The notes below the pieces were generated by a model. The model searched no databases and had not been told where the DNA came from. It saw only the letters and a list, made by a program, of their open reading frames with translations. A stretch of DNA of 64,000 bases from Eutreptiella sp. 'Long Island Sound 2002'. Lineage: Eukaryota > Protista > Euglenida. The translations under genes and the position numbers were made by a program. Numbering within the stretch: the stretch's first letter is position 1; each line of letters opens with the position of its first letter. Where the stretch lies: assembly GCA_964036045.1 (NCBI GenBank), contig OZ038379.1, forward strand, positions 29,946,001 through 30,010,000, given 5' to 3'. Below, one piece after another: positions 62,801 to 64,000 of the stretch.

Positions 62801-64000
62801 CAGGCCTCCGGGCCATGGGCCATGGGTTCTGGGTACCGCTTCACCCCCCTCCTTAGAGCAAGCCCTGGGGGGGGCTCGATAACACCCAAGCATGGCAGCG
62901 GGTACTGACGCGTTCCCGTGGGGCGCCGGCCACGGGACGCTGCGGTGACACGCACAGGTGAGCAGGCAGGCTATGCACTACGCTCACAAGGGCATCAATA
63001 CGCTCGTGTCATGTGACAAAGCGTTTCAGGATCCTTGGCACTCTGCAACAAGGGAACGAAAGTATGTACAGCAACACATCAGGATATGTACACATGGGGT
63101 TAAGACTGGACTGGGGTAAGGGCATCATAGGACAATTGACACTCAGTCCCAACTCATATCCCAATCCCAGGTCCGACCCTCTCAGTGGCTGGTGGGGGCG
63201 GGGGCTCAAACACAACCCATGCCCTGCTCAGTCCGGACCCTGAAACCCTGCCAATGGGAGAGGTGTCCCGCCCAGCCACAGGCGAGTTCCTGGGAACCAA
63301 GGATCTCCAAGGCCAACCAACAGTGGCTCCCTATGCTCCCTTAACGCCAGGTTCCAACTCCTCTCTGAGCCAGAAAAAATGGCTCCGCCATTATCCCCTA
63401 GGAGTTGGTAGCTGAAAATGGGCTGTTTCAGCCCAAACTGGAATTAGCTCAAAAATCTCCAAAATTGACCCCTCGTCCGGACCCGCCAGAGGTGGGGACG
63501 AGGCAACTGACCCTATGCCCTTCGAGTACGAACTCCCTGGAGCCCTCACCCAACGTGGTTCCCTCTGAGGTTCCGGCATCAGGGCAACACGGATGAGTCA
63601 AGTGGGGTCATGATGCCAAAATCACCAAGATTGGCGTCATTCCCACGCGTGGCTCGCCCGGCGAAGGTAAGGCCAATGGCTCAGAGGGTAGGAGGCAGGA
63701 CCTAGGACTTATATCTGAGTGTACAACTTCAAATTAGGTCCGGGCCCCTTGTTGGCATGGAGAAATGGGGCCGCCAATTGACCACACGGGGGGTTGAAAT
63801 TGGGGTCCCGAAAGGGGGTCATTTTGGCTGCCGAAATGAGCCAAAATTTGAGGGTACTCCCAATAGTATATCTCCACGCCGGCTTGGAGATCTGATCTGC
63901 CATTCCCTACGCCATCCACCGGGAGTCCAACGAAGACTGCCTTGCACTTGGCTCTCAAAGATCTCTATGCTACTTGGCGTGGTGACGATCCCAATTGGGT
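59872..64000. repeat. Direct repeat with ~3.03-kb period (59872-60966 resembles 62906-64000 and continues off the window)
   Basis: Paired ORFs 59963/63009, 60154/63185 and 60373/63405. High but imperfect identity, non-coding. Confidence 0.9.

Overview
This is eukaryotic, repeat-dominated genomic DNA. It has GT-AG introns, poly-G tracts and microsatellites, and no operons. A large protist genome such as a euglenid is my low-confidence guess. The one recognisable host gene is a tRNA-splicing endonuclease SEN2-like gene, with exons at about 19464-19792 and 31913-32159. Its intron of more than 12 kb contains an 8.4-kb TIR DNA transposon (20809-29185, 5-bp TSD ATTAT). That element carries an Academ-like transposase, a ParB/Srx-like passenger gene and repeated TTTACGGCG palindromes, and it is the best candidate for an undescribed system. 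Other main elements: (1) a composite RAG1/Transib/Chapaev-type element (1150-7443, CACTAC termini, 4-bp TSD GCGA) with two related transposases and a 981-bp duplication; (2) an ISL2EU/Harbinger transposase remnant; (3) a tail-to-tail pair of tRNA-Cys-like sequences inside a foldback element; (4) two RNase H-bearing LINEs, one with a 15-bp TSD; (5) a DIRS-like remnant; (6) a chromodomain Gypsy integrase; (7) a 1.5-kb dimeric hairpin minisatellite; (8) a ~3.03-kb direct repeat running off the right end. Most short ORFs in the track are non-coding by-products of repeats. All family assignments come from motif recognition by eye, without database searches.
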